From: Cyanophora paradoxa CCMP329 | Lineage: Eukaryota; Plantae; Glaucophyta | Direction: 5' to 3' | Assembly: GCA_004431415.1 (NCBI GenBank) | Contig: QPMI01000519.1 | Coordinates: 186,001 to 250,000 of the forward strand | Length of the DNA stretch: 64,000 nucleotides | In this document: positions 47,834-58,680 of the stretch, in pieces | Layout: each line of letters begins with the position of its first letter | Position numbering within the stretch: position 1 is the first letter of the stretch | The notes under the pieces: model-generated | Told to the model about the DNA's origin: nothing | Database searches by the model: none | The model's input: the letters and a program-made list of their open reading frames with translations, nothing else | Made by a program: the position numbers and the translations under genes

Positions 47834-49801
47834 TTACGCGGCCCAGGCGCCCGTCCACGGCCCGGCGGGCGGCCGGAGCGACTCCGCGAGGCGCGCCCCG
47901 AGGGCCCCGCCGCGCCGCAGCGCGCCCCGCGCCGCCTCCGCCGCTGCCTCCTCCTCGCCGGCCCGCCCGCCGACGAGCAGCTCGGCCCGCCGCAGCGACG
48001 GCGCCGCCGCCTCCGCGAGCGCCGCCAGCGCCGCCCCCTCCTCCTCCCCAGCACCCCGTCCACCCCTGCGCCCCGCGTGAGGGGCGCCCAGCGGCGGGGG
48101 CGGGCCGGGGCGGGGCGGACAGAGGCTGAGCTCGAGGTGGCGGATGGAGGGGGAGCGGCGGAGGGCGGCGGCGAGGCCGCGGGCGGGGGCGGCGGGGCGG
48201 CCCGGGCCGAGGGCGAGGGCGGCGGCGAGGCGGCGCAGGCGCGGGGCGCCCGCGAGGGCCTCCTCGAGAGGCCCCGCCCCGTGGCCCTCCACCTGCCCGC
48301 CCCCGCCCCGCCCGCTCGGCCGGCCCCCGGCGGGGCGGGGTGGGGCGGGGCGGGGCGCGCCTCGAGGAGAAAGTCCAGCTCCTCGAGGGCGGCCAGCCGC
48401 GCCAGGCTCCCCAGCGCCGGCCCCGAGAGCGCCACCCGCAGCGCCCGCCGCCCGCCCCCGCTCCTGCGCCCCACGCCTCAGGCGGGGCCGGCGGGGCGGG
48501 CGGGGCGGGCGGGGCGGGCCCGAGGCGGAGGCGGCGGAGGGAGCGGGCGGCGGGGCCGGCGGCGAGGGCGACGAAGCCCTCCGCGAGGGGCGCCGGGCGC
48601 GGGAACCGCACAGAGAGCTCCTGCGGCGCCGGCGTCAGCTGCGGGCGGGGCGAGCGGGGGCAGGCCAGGGGCGGGCGGGGCGGGCCTCGAGGGCGGCGAG
48701 GGGGGCGAGGCGCCGGAGGTCCTTCTCTCGGGGGAAGGCGGCGTCGAGGCTCTGGAGGCGGGGGTGGGCCCTGGCGAGCTTGGCGGCGGCGTCGGCGTGA
48801 AGGAGGCACCAGTCGGGGAGGGCGAGGCGGCGGAAGCGGGGCGCCCGGGCGAGGTCGACGACGAGGTCAGAGGCGGCGCGCACGGCGTACGCCTGCAGCT
48901 CGGCCGCGTCCATGCGGCCGGCCTCGCCCGGCGGCCGCGCGCGCTCCAGGCGGAGCTCCAGGCTCTCCAGCGGCGACGGGACGCGCGGCTGCCCCGTTGC
49001 GCGCGGCGGGCTCAGGGCGTCGAGCAGGGCCCCGACGTAGCACGTCGTCTGCAGGATCAACTGCTGTGGCCGCAGGTACGCCTCGGTCGCCCTCATGTCG
49101 AGGATCACCGACGTGCACGTAGCGGCGCAGGCCCGGAACACGTTCGTCACCTCGAACTCGAAGAAGTCATCGAAAGCCGTTTCGTGCGCGTCGCTGTACA
49201 TGTCCGCGCTGGTCTCACTGTCATCCTCGTCGTACTCGCTACCACGGGGGCTGCAGCTGCTCTCGTCCCGATGCTCGTAGATGATAATCAGATGGAGCTC
49301 GGAGCGCGGCCGGAGGCGGATGCGCCCCCGCTCAACGAGCATCGTTGCGTTGCAGAGGTGGGTCCCGCGACGCGCTTCAACGGTGATCCGCGACCACTCG
49401 GCGCGATCGACGAGGTCCCGCAGCCGGCGGCAAGTCGGACGTGCGCGCTGCGCGTCGATCGCGCCGAGTTTCTGCACTACCAGCTCTAGCAGAGCGTCCG
49501 GCAGAGCGGTGAGCGGGCTCTCCGCGGCTGCTGCGGTGTGGGCGCACGTGACGAGCCGCAAGTTCTCCGGTTTTACACAGACTACCGTCTGCACTGTGCT
49601 CGAGCTCTGATCTGGAGCGTGAACGCGCACGGGCACGCGGCCGCGCTGGATCGCTGCTGCCGCGTCCGCGGACGAGCTGGCGTCCAGAACGCGCCCGCGC
49701 TGACCGTTGAGCTTGGCGCCCGAGGAAGATGCGAGGCCATCGAGAATGACAATGTCGCCCGGGGCGAACGTGGGCGGCTGCGCGTCATCGGCGCCCGACA
49801 T
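47834..49801 (-). CDS. F-box protein with N-terminal SH3-like domain (paralog A)
   Basis: MSGADDAQPPTFAPGDIVILDGL...KLNGQRGRV...GRVPVRV...VKPENL, then the F-box LTALPDALLELVVQKLGAIDAQRARPTCRRLRDLV and an LRR-like C-terminus. Stop at 47834. Confidence 0.75.
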
Positions 49802-49968
49802 CGGCTCAATCGATGCTGACGCCGCAGGTCGCACGATCGCACGCGCTAACCTAACTAGTTCTGCCGCTAACTGCCAGAGTGATCGACACGACCGCGGGGT
49901 ACAGTATACGTATACTCGTCACTCGAAGCAACTGCAGGGGCCGCAGGGCCACAGTCTGCGCAGCGGCG

Positions 49969-51585
49969 ATGGAGAGCCCGCTCGGCGCGGTCCCGGACGC
50001 GCTGCTGGAGATTGTCGTGCAGAAGCTCGGCGCGGTCGACGCGCAGCGCGCGCGCGGGGCCTGCCGCCGGCTGCGGGACGTCGTCGACCGCGCGGAGTGG
50101 TCTCGGATCTCCCTGGTGGCGCGCAGCGGCGACGAGCTCCGCCCCGTCGCAGCGCTCCTGCGGGGCGGGCCCGGGCGGCTCCGCCTGCAGCCGCGCTGCG
50201 AGGTCGATCTCGCCCTCGAGTACGTCGGCGGCGAGCTGAGCGATGCGGACAAGGTGGAAATGCAGCGGGAGGCCGAGTCACTTCTCCGGGCCGGCGCTGC
50301 CAAGTGGACCTCGGCACGCATCGAGACGCGGGCGGACCACGGAGTGCTGACGGCGGAGGAGCTGGCCCGCCTCGCCTCGTCGCTCGTGCCTGCGCTGCTC
50401 GCCCCGTCCGCCGAGCGCGCCGGCGCGCCGCGGCCGCCGCCGTCGCCGCTCGAGAGCCTGCAGCTCTGCTCTGACCGCTTGGAATTCGAGCCGGGCGGCT
50501 CGGGCGAGCCCCTGCTGCTCCACTGCGGCAGCGAATTCGCTGCTCTCTTCGGGCCCTCCATCGCAGCGAGGGCGGCCGGCTTCCAGCGCCTCGGCCTGCC
50601 CGACTGGTGCCTCCTCGACGCCGGCGCGGCGGGCGATCTCGCGGCGGCCCTCCCGCGCCTCCGGAGCCTCGACGCCCGCCTCCTTGAGGAGGGGGCGCTC
50701 GCCTCCCTCGCCCCCCTCGCCGCCCTCGAGGCCCGCCCCGCCCGCCCCTGGCCTGCCCCCGCTCGCCCCGCCCGCAGCTGACGCCGGCGCCGCAGGAGCT
50801 CTCTGTGCGGTTCCCGCGCCCGGCGCCCCTCGCGGAGGGCTTCGTCGCCCTCGCCGCCGGCCCCGCCGCCCGCTCCCTCCGCCGCCTCCGCCTCGGGCCC
50901 GCCCGCCCGCCCCGCCCGCCCCGCCGGCCCGCCTGAGGCGTGGGGCGCAGGAGCGGGGGCGGGCGGCGGGCGCTGCGGGTGGCGCTCTCGGGGCCGGCGC
51001 TGGGGAGCCTGGCGCGGCTGGCCGCCCTCGAGGAGCTGGACTTTCTCCTCGAGGCGCGCCCCGCCCGCCCCACCCCGCCCCGCCGGGGCCGGCCGAGCGG
51101 GCGGGGCGGGGGCGGGCAGGTGGAGGGCCACGGGGCGGGGCCTCTCGAGGAGGCCCTCGCGGGCGCCCCGCGCCTGCGCCGCCTCGCCGCCGCCCTCGCC
51201 CTCGGCCCGGGCCGCCCCGCCGCCCCGCCCGCGGCCTCGCCGCCGCCCTCCGCCGCCCCCCTCCATCCGCCACCTCGAGCTCAGCCTCTGTCCGCCCCGC
51301 CCCCGGCCCCGCCCCGCCGCTGGGCGCCCCTCACGCGGGGGCGCAGGGGTGGACGGGGTGCTGGGGGAGGAGGAGGGGGCGGCGCTGGCGGCGCTCGTGG
51401 AGGCGGCGGCGCCGTCACTGCGGCGGGCCGAGCTGCTCGTCGGCGGCCGCGCCGGCGAGGAGGCGGCCGCGGCGGAGGCGGCGCGGGGCGCGCTGCGGCG
51501 CGGCGGGGCCCTCGGGGCGCGCCTCGCGGAGTCGCTCCGGCCGCCCGAGCGGCGCGGGCCCTGGGAGGGCGCCTGGGCCGCGTAA
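49969..51585 (+). CDS. F-box protein (paralog B, inverted duplicate lacking the SH3-like domain)
   Basis: MESPLGAVPDALLEIVVQKLGAVDAQRARGACRRLRDVVDRAEW; the 3' half is the near reverse complement of paralog A. Stop TAA at 51583-51585. Confidence 0.75.
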
Positions 51586-52063
51586 GAGGCCCTGAGGGCA
51601 GGAGCTTCTATGGCGTTTTTTAAATTCACTTCTTTCGTGACACTAGAGAGCCTCGGAGATTAATGTGGTGGATTACAAGCTTATCAAGTTATAATAAAGG
51701 CTCATGCCCTCTCTAGTGCCCCGCAGCGCCCCGGCCCCGCCTCACTGAAGGCGTCGTTCCCGGCGTTCGCCAATCACCTGCTGCTCTTGCTGCTCGACAT
51801 ATTTACATTCGAGTTCTGCTCTCTCAACAAAGCCTCGGACAATGGGGACCGGACAACAAAGCCTAGGAGCGTGGAAAAGACGCCCCGGGCCCCCGTACTG
51901 GGGCCTGGGGGCTTGGCGGGGGCGAGGCCTACTGGGGACCTCGACCCCAAAGAAGCTTAGCTATTCTAGTATCTAATTAAAAAAGAAGCCCTATCTAGCG
52001 TGCGGGCGGGCAGGGGGGACCCAGGTTCGTGATGGGACGCCCCACTCAACGGGGACCGAGGGG

Positions 52064-52805
52064 TCACCAGCGGGAGGGGTCGCCCCGGATGCGCCGCGCG
52101 AGCTGCATGTCCCGCGGGAGAATCGTGACCCTGCTCGCCGAGGCCCCGTCAGCGCGCGCCCGGCGCCCGAACGCGTCGGAGGGGCCGGATCGCTCGCGAG
52201 GGACGCGACGCACCGCTTGGCGTGGATGGCGCAGAGCTGCGTGTCCTCGAACAGACCAATCAGAAAGGCTTCGGCCGCCTCCTGCAGCGCCAGCATCGCC
52301 GACGACTGGAAGCGCAGCGGCTCCGATATGCTGCGGCGCACGATTAGCGCCGCCGCAGAGCGAACGCGAGCGGCGCCCGCCGTCACATGTACAGAGAACG
52401 CACAAATCGCCTCCGGCGATATCGCGAACGAGGCGCTGGAATGGGAGCTTGCGGATGAGCAGCTCGGACGACTTCTGGTACCTGCGCATGCCCATACTCG
52501 TGCCCGTCAGGAAGATGGCGGGCCGGGGATATCGATGGCGGATTGCGGGAGCGGGCGAGGACGCGCTTGCGAATCTCTCGCAGGGCGACGGTTCCAGGAC
52601 GATAACGATGTGGCTGCATGCAGCCACCGATGGCGCGCCGGCGGCCGCCGCGCCTGGCTGCCTGCGGTTGGCCCGGCGCGGGCTCGGGTTCGTTCCACTG
52701 GCCGAGCTGCCCGGACGACCGCGGCTTCGCCGTCCGCTGAAGCTTCGCCGCGAACTCGTCCTTCCGCTGCGCCGTGCTCTTGGCCGTCTGCTTCACCCGC
52801 GCCAT
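52064..52805 (-). CDS. divergent histone H3 variant (CenH3/CENP-A candidate), three introns
   Basis: [18 protein letters not shown]...[107 protein letters not shown]. The tail is long and divergent, and the loop-1 region is two residues longer than canonical H3. Confidence 0.88.
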
Positions 52806-53005
52806 ACCTGATTATCTGACGAGCACGACGATATCTGATTCGAATTCGATGGCGATCTGGACAGCTCTCCCACGTGCACGGTGCTTTGATTTTCGGCGCC
52901 AAGTTTCGAATCGGCTTGGGGGGTACCGCAGTCAACTGCTCAAACCAGCTGCAGGCACTGCGGCCCAGTCTGCGGGAATTCTGTCCCACAGCGAGCTAGA
53001 GGGCG

Positions 53006-55233
53006 ATGGGCAAGCGAAAGGATCGCTCAGCCGCCTCCGGATCGGCCGTCGCGACCGACGACCAGTCGCATGCGCAGCGTGCTGGCTGGGCGAGCGCGCC
53101 CCACGACGTCCTCGTACAGATTTACCGGTTCTTGTCAACCGCGGATAGGCTCTCGGCGCAGCTCGTCTGCAAGTGCTGGGCATCCCCCGCGCGGGCCGAG
53201 GACGCATGGCCCGACGCCCGCTTCAGGCAGCCCCCGCGCCCGCGCCCGCCTGGCCGCGTGCACGTGTGCTCAACCTGATGCTCCGTGTACGCAGCGTCTC
53301 GTTGAGCGCGGCGGAGAAGCCGGCGGCCGCAGCCGTGCCGAACCGAATTCGAATGCGCACGCGCTCCTCCAAGGCCGACGCCGACGCCGAAGCCGACGAG
53401 GCCGGGCCCGATCGATCGGTCGAGGGCGTCATCGCGCTGCTGAGGCAGCCCCGCTTCACCAGGCTGCAGCGCATCGAGTTGGCCATGACCGTCGGAGGCG
53501 CGGGCAGCACAAAGGCCTCCCTGCACGAATGCAGGGCTGCGTATCGAATCCTCGCGTCTCTGGCCCCGGAGTCGCGCTCGTGCCTTAGGGAGGTCGTGCT
53601 CGACCGCTCGGGTCTCCCCGCCGCGCCCGGCCGCGACGGCGCCTGTGCGCGCCCCCGCCCTCGCTCTTCGAGTTCGTCGGACCCTCACCGCTCTCCTCTC
53701 CAGCGGTCATGGGCGTGTTCGTGGTGCGCGCGGCGTCGCTCTGCTCCTCGCTGGAGCGCGTCGGGTTCGAGACGAACGGCGAGCCCGACGGGGTCTGCTG
53801 CCGCCACTTCGCCGCGGGGGTCGAGGCCGCCCTCCGGTCCGCTTTGACGCCCCGCCCCGCCCCTCCCGCGCCCCTCCGCCCAACCCCAACCCGCCTCACG
53901 TACCCCGGCCCCGCCGCAGCGACCCGGGGGCCGACGCCGAGCCCAGTGTCAAGCTCGAGGGGCCCTACGGACACGAGGGGTACGAGGGCGCCGGGGTACC
54001 CCCCTCCGAGCCGCTCGAGCCCCGGGGCGTCCCCGGCGTGGCCGCACTCCAAGGCATCCGGTCGCTGGGGGTACAGCTTTTGAACACCGGGCAGGCCACT
54101 GCGGCCCTCGGTACCCCCCTATCCAACCCCCCCCCCCCACAAAAAGCCGATACCCCCGCAGCCGAGCTCTTCCCGGGTCTGGAGGAGGTCGCGGAGCTGT
54201 ACATCGAGGGGCGCAACGAGCTGCTGTGGGTGGCGCTCGCCTTCGGCGGGGCGAGGCGCCTCCGCGCGGGGCGCCTCGCCCTCGCTGACATCTCCTTCGC
54301 CTCGCCGACCCTCACGCTGGACGGGGCGGTGAGCGAGGAGGACCCCGACGCCGGGGCGGGGCCCGGCGAGCCCTGGTGGCTCCCGGAGGGCGAGGCCCGC
54401 GCCCGCGCCTCCCGCTGGCGCGGCCTGCTCCGCCGCCTCGCCGCCGGCGCCCACTCCGTCGCCCTCGTCAGCTGCGGCGCCCTCCACCTCGCCGGCTCCG
54501 CCCTCCAGGGTCCGCCCGCCCCGGCGCCGCCCCCTCCTCCCCCGCCCCCGCCCCCGCCCCCCGCCCCCCGCCCACGCCGCCCTCCGCAGGGGTACGCCAG
54601 CTGGAGATTCGGGCCCCGGGCGGGGGCAGCTTGGCGGAGGAGGGCTGGTGGCCGGCCCCGGCGCAGGACGACGCGCTGGAGGGCCTGGGCGACGCCAAGA
54701 CGCTCGCGAGGCGCTTCTTCGAGTGGCTCCGCGCCGGTGCCCACGCCCCCTCCGTCCGCGTCCTCAAGCTCCTCGACATCGACGACTTGCTCCTGCAGGC
54801 GCGCCCCGCCCCGCCCCGCCCCGCCCCGCCCGCCGATCCTTCGGCCCCCCGCTGCTCACGTGCCCGGCAGGCCGTCGGCCCCGGGGACGTCCCCGAGGAG
54901 GAGTACCCGGCGGAGCGGAAGCGGGGGGCGGCGGCGGCGTCGCTGCTGCGCTGGGTGCTGGGGGCGATGCCCCTCGAGGCGCTCCTCGTCGACTCGCTCT
55001 CGCCCCACCACGGCCCCGAGTTCGAGCGCGGCTTCGCGCCCCTCTGGCGCACCCTCGCCCGCCACCTGCCCACGCTCCAGCACGCGGCCCTCGCGGCGGG
55101 CCACTCCTCCTCCATGGGCGGCTCCGGCCTCGAGCAGCTCTACGCGCAGGAGGAGGCCCGCCGCCGCCGCGCCCCCTGGCTCGCCCTCCTCGCCGCCCTC
55201 CGCCTCCGCCGCCGCGCCTTCCGCGCCGCGTGA
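53006..55233 (+). CDS. F-box protein
   Basis: The N-terminal WASAPHDVLVQIYRFLSTADRLSAQLVCKCW is an F-box. Multi-exon; last exon ends RRRAFRAA* at 55233. Confidence 0.7.
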
Positions 55234-56028
55234 CCCCATCGCGAGCCGCCGCCCGCGCGGCCGGCCTCGCGCACGTGCTTGAGTCGTATACGTAGCCATC
55301 ACTCAAACATTCTGCTTTATTTCTGCATCCAACATTAGCGTGTTGTGTCTCTTGGCTGGGGAACGTGACAGGCGGGCGTCGTCGGCCGCGGCGCTCCGTG
55401 GCACGCGGCCGCGGCCGCGGCCGCAGGCAGCTCGCGCGATCGAGCTCTGTATACGTAGCTAGCGCTAGCGCCCGGCGGCCAGTCGAATCGAACCTCACGC
55501 GTAGCAGACGCTCGTTAAAAACGTTGCGCATGGCCAACGCGCCGCGGCGTGCAGCTGCAGCTAGCGCTGCGGCTGGTCACTGCAGCTGCAGCTAGCGCAC
55601 TGCAGTACGTAGTGCGCGGGGCGCGACCCGGCGCGCGCGCGGCCCTAGCTAATATATAGGCCTCGGCCGCGCGCGACGTCGAACCTCGGGGGAGATTTGC
55701 GCATGCGCATGCGCATGTGCTTTAATTATAAATCTGCAGTCTGCAGGGCCGCGCGCGCCGCGCGCCGGCCACGCACCACGAGCACGTACCCCCCTGCAAT
55801 TGTGACCGTTGTGACGAGCACGGTACTACTGCATGCGCATTTGGAGGTGATCAGCAGCTCTTCGATGCGCATGCATATGGGCGGCCTGCAGCTGATGGGC
55901 CATATGGCCCTGATGATATATGCGCGCCTGGTCGGCACGCAATATACTCGGAATACTATATTCATGGCTAAGCGCTGTAGCTATATATAACCTAGCAGGC
56001 GGCCGGCGAGCGGCCGCACACACGGGTA

Positions 56029-58573
56029 CTACATCACAGCGCAGTCCTTCTTCTTCTTCTTTCCCCCCTCGTCCTCCCTGATCCCGCCCGACGCAGGCTG
56101 CGCGGGGTACGCCGCGGGAGAGGCCCGGTAGGGGGTGTACTCCTGCACCGGGGTGGCGTGCCCGGAGCCCCCCGCGCCCGCACGCGCCGCCCGCTCCCTC
56201 GCCTGCCTTCGAGTCAGCGGAGAAGGGGGGGGGGGGGGAAGGAGCAGGGGGTACCGCCTCCTGCAGGACCCTGGCCTGGTCCTGGTAGCGGGCCTGGGGG
56301 TTGTTGGCGGGCTTTCGGCTGCCCCCGGCCTGGCCCTGCTGCGAGGAGGGCGACCTCCGGTCCGCCTGCGGCTGCGGCTGCGGCGGCGGCTGCGCCTCGG
56401 GCGGGGGCGGCTGCGGGGGCGGCTGGCCGGCCTGCTGCTGCTGCTGCTGCTGCTGCTGCCTCCGGTTCATCGCCGCCTGCCGCTGCCGCGCCTCCTCCTC
56501 CTCCTGCAGCCGCACAGCCATCGCGAAGTCCGCCCTGCCGCGCCCGCAGCCGGCTGAGGGGGCGCGTGCGCGGCGGGGGAGGGGAAGGGCCAAAGAGGGG
56601 CGCGCGCACTCCTCCTGCGAGATGGACACGACGTTCGTCGGGAGGTGGCCCGAGGCCGGCGGAGACGGCCCCGGCTGCTGCTGCGGCGGCGGCTGCGGCG
56701 CCTCGCCCGCGCCCCCGCGCCGCTCCTCCCCTTCTCCGTACCCCTGCAGGTCCGCGGCGTACATCGCTGTACCCCCGTCAGGGCTGTACTCCCGTCGCTG
56801 GCTCGAGGGGTGCGCACCGGCGGCCAGGGCGTCGTTCGCCTGCTCGTGGCTGTAGGGGCTGAAGTCCTCGTTCAGGAACGGGTTGTCCCCCTCCACCTGC
56901 ACCCTCCCCGTGGTCAGCGTGGCGTACTGGAGGGGCAGGGGTGCGGCCGCGCCATTTCGAGCCTCTCCCAGACGATCGGCGAGTTGTAGTACCCCTCGTC
57001 GGTCACGAGCTGGCGGGGGCGACGTCAACCTCAGAACGCGGCCACGGTGGGGGCGCGGCGGGCCCCGGCGGGAGGGGTACGCGCGCACGAGGAAGAGGGC
57101 GTCGCGCTGGCGGAAGAGCGTCGCGAAGTGGTTGTTGCGGAAGAAGACCACCAGCTCGAGCTCTGCCGCCGCGCCCCGCCGACCAGCGTCAGCGCCAGCT
57201 CGGCCCCGGTCGGTCGCCCTGGGCGGGGCCCGGGTGCACGGCGCACCCTTGACGCCCGTGTGGAGCTCGATGAGGCCGTGGTAGGTCAGCTGGCTCCCCG
57301 TCGACGCCAGCCAGTCCTGCAGCACCCAGACTGGCGGCCCCCGGCCGGCGTCGGCGGCCCATAGCTTGAGGGAGAGGCGGGGCCGGCGGGCTGCCGCGCA
57401 CGCTCCCTCGCCTGGGCCTCCGCGTCGCCCTCCGCGGCTCCTCCTCCCGCCTGCGCCCTCTCGCCGCCCGCCGCCGCGCCTCCGTCGCCCCCTCCCGCGC
57501 CCCCGCCCCTGCCGCTCGCCTCCGCCTCCGGCCCCGGCCCGCCCGTTGCCGCCTCGGGCTTCGGCGGCGCCGTGCCTGCACGCGCCTCGGATCCAAACGA
57601 GCGCAGTGCCGCCGAGAGGGCGCACCTGGCCGCGGGGTCGCGGAGAGCGCCACGATGCGCTCCACCAGCTGGGCAGCCTTTCGTTCAGACGCGGCGGGGA
57701 CGCGGGGCGGGGCGGCGGGCCGCTGAGGGCGGCGCACCTGGTTGTAAGAGAGGGGCAAGACGAGCCTCGCGCGGTCCGTCTCCTGCGGGTCGACGAGCCA
57801 GCCGTGGACCAGGTTCACGTCCAGCAGGTCAAAGATCATCGTCTGCGCGCAGCCAAGTACAGGCCTCAGGCTGGCCGCGGCGCGGCGCGGGCCGCAGCGC
57901 GGAAGCAGGAGAAGGAGGACGCGCCTCGGCGGTCAGCTCAAAACCTTTGATGCTGTTGAACTTAACGTTCACGTCGAGGCCCGACGCGAGCTTCGGGAGC
58001 ACGTTCGAAATCACGTCCTGCAGGTTCGCGCGCTGGTTCTCTCTCCGCTCCGGGTCCTGTATCCTGTCGACGTTGTTACTCTGCGCGAGAACGCGCACGT
58101 GAGCTGAGGCGAGCCGCGCTGCGGCTGCAGTACAGCCGCCTACAGCGGACCACGAGCAGGTGCTCGCCGACCAGCGACTGCAGGCGGCCGTGAGCGGCGG
58201 CGCAGGCGAGGAGCCGGCCGCGGAAGACCGCTCCTGGGCGTACGCACCAGCAGCTCGTCGTGCGAGATGAAGGCGACGTCCCCGTGGATGCTAAGGACGC
58301 CGCGCAGCAGCAGCACGTTTGCCACCGCCAACAGAGGACACGGGCCGTTCTCATTTTGTAGGAGGATCGAAACCCTTTTCCCTATGAAGACAACCCTCTG
58401 CGTGGGCGACGCGTTTGAGCTCGGAGCCCGCCCTCGGAGCACCGCGGCCGCCAGCGCGTCCTGCAGCGGCGCACCTTCAGCCGGTACCGCAGCTCGCGCT
58501 GCGGCGTGCGGGAGCTCGGGGACATAGGAAGCTCTACACGTATTGGCGGCTGTACCCGGGTCGGGCAAGCCAT
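56029..58573 (-). CDS. MINDY1: MINDY-1/2 (FAM63) deubiquitinase with MIU motif and C-terminal CaaX
   Basis: ILLQNENGPCPLLAVANVLLLRG (catalytic Cys), GLDVNVKF, FDLLDVNLVHGWLVDPQ, QLTYHGL, VFFRNNHFATL (catalytic His), MIU DFAMAVRLQEEE, ends GGKKKKDCAVM*. MINDY1 and MINDY2 cannot be distinguished here. Confidence 0.9.
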
Positions 58574-58680
58574 TGAAGCCCGCAGCCGTAGCCCCAGATC
58601 TAGAGCTCTGTGATCGTCGGCGCGAAACCCACTAGACCCGCCCGGCCCGTAGCCGGAGAGCGCTAAAGAGACGCGCGGCG

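Larger units (their letters stand above)
47834..51585. repeat. large inverted repeat: arms ~47834-48710 and ~50705-51585 with a ~2-kb diverged spacer
   Basis: The arms are near-identical reverse complements, introns included; weaker similarity extends into both 3' UTRs. Confidence 0.88.

Noticed and set aside
47900-51400. Pseudogene calls from apparent frameshifts in the F-box genes
   Set aside because: The differences fall in G/C homopolymers and are more likely long-read sequencing errors.
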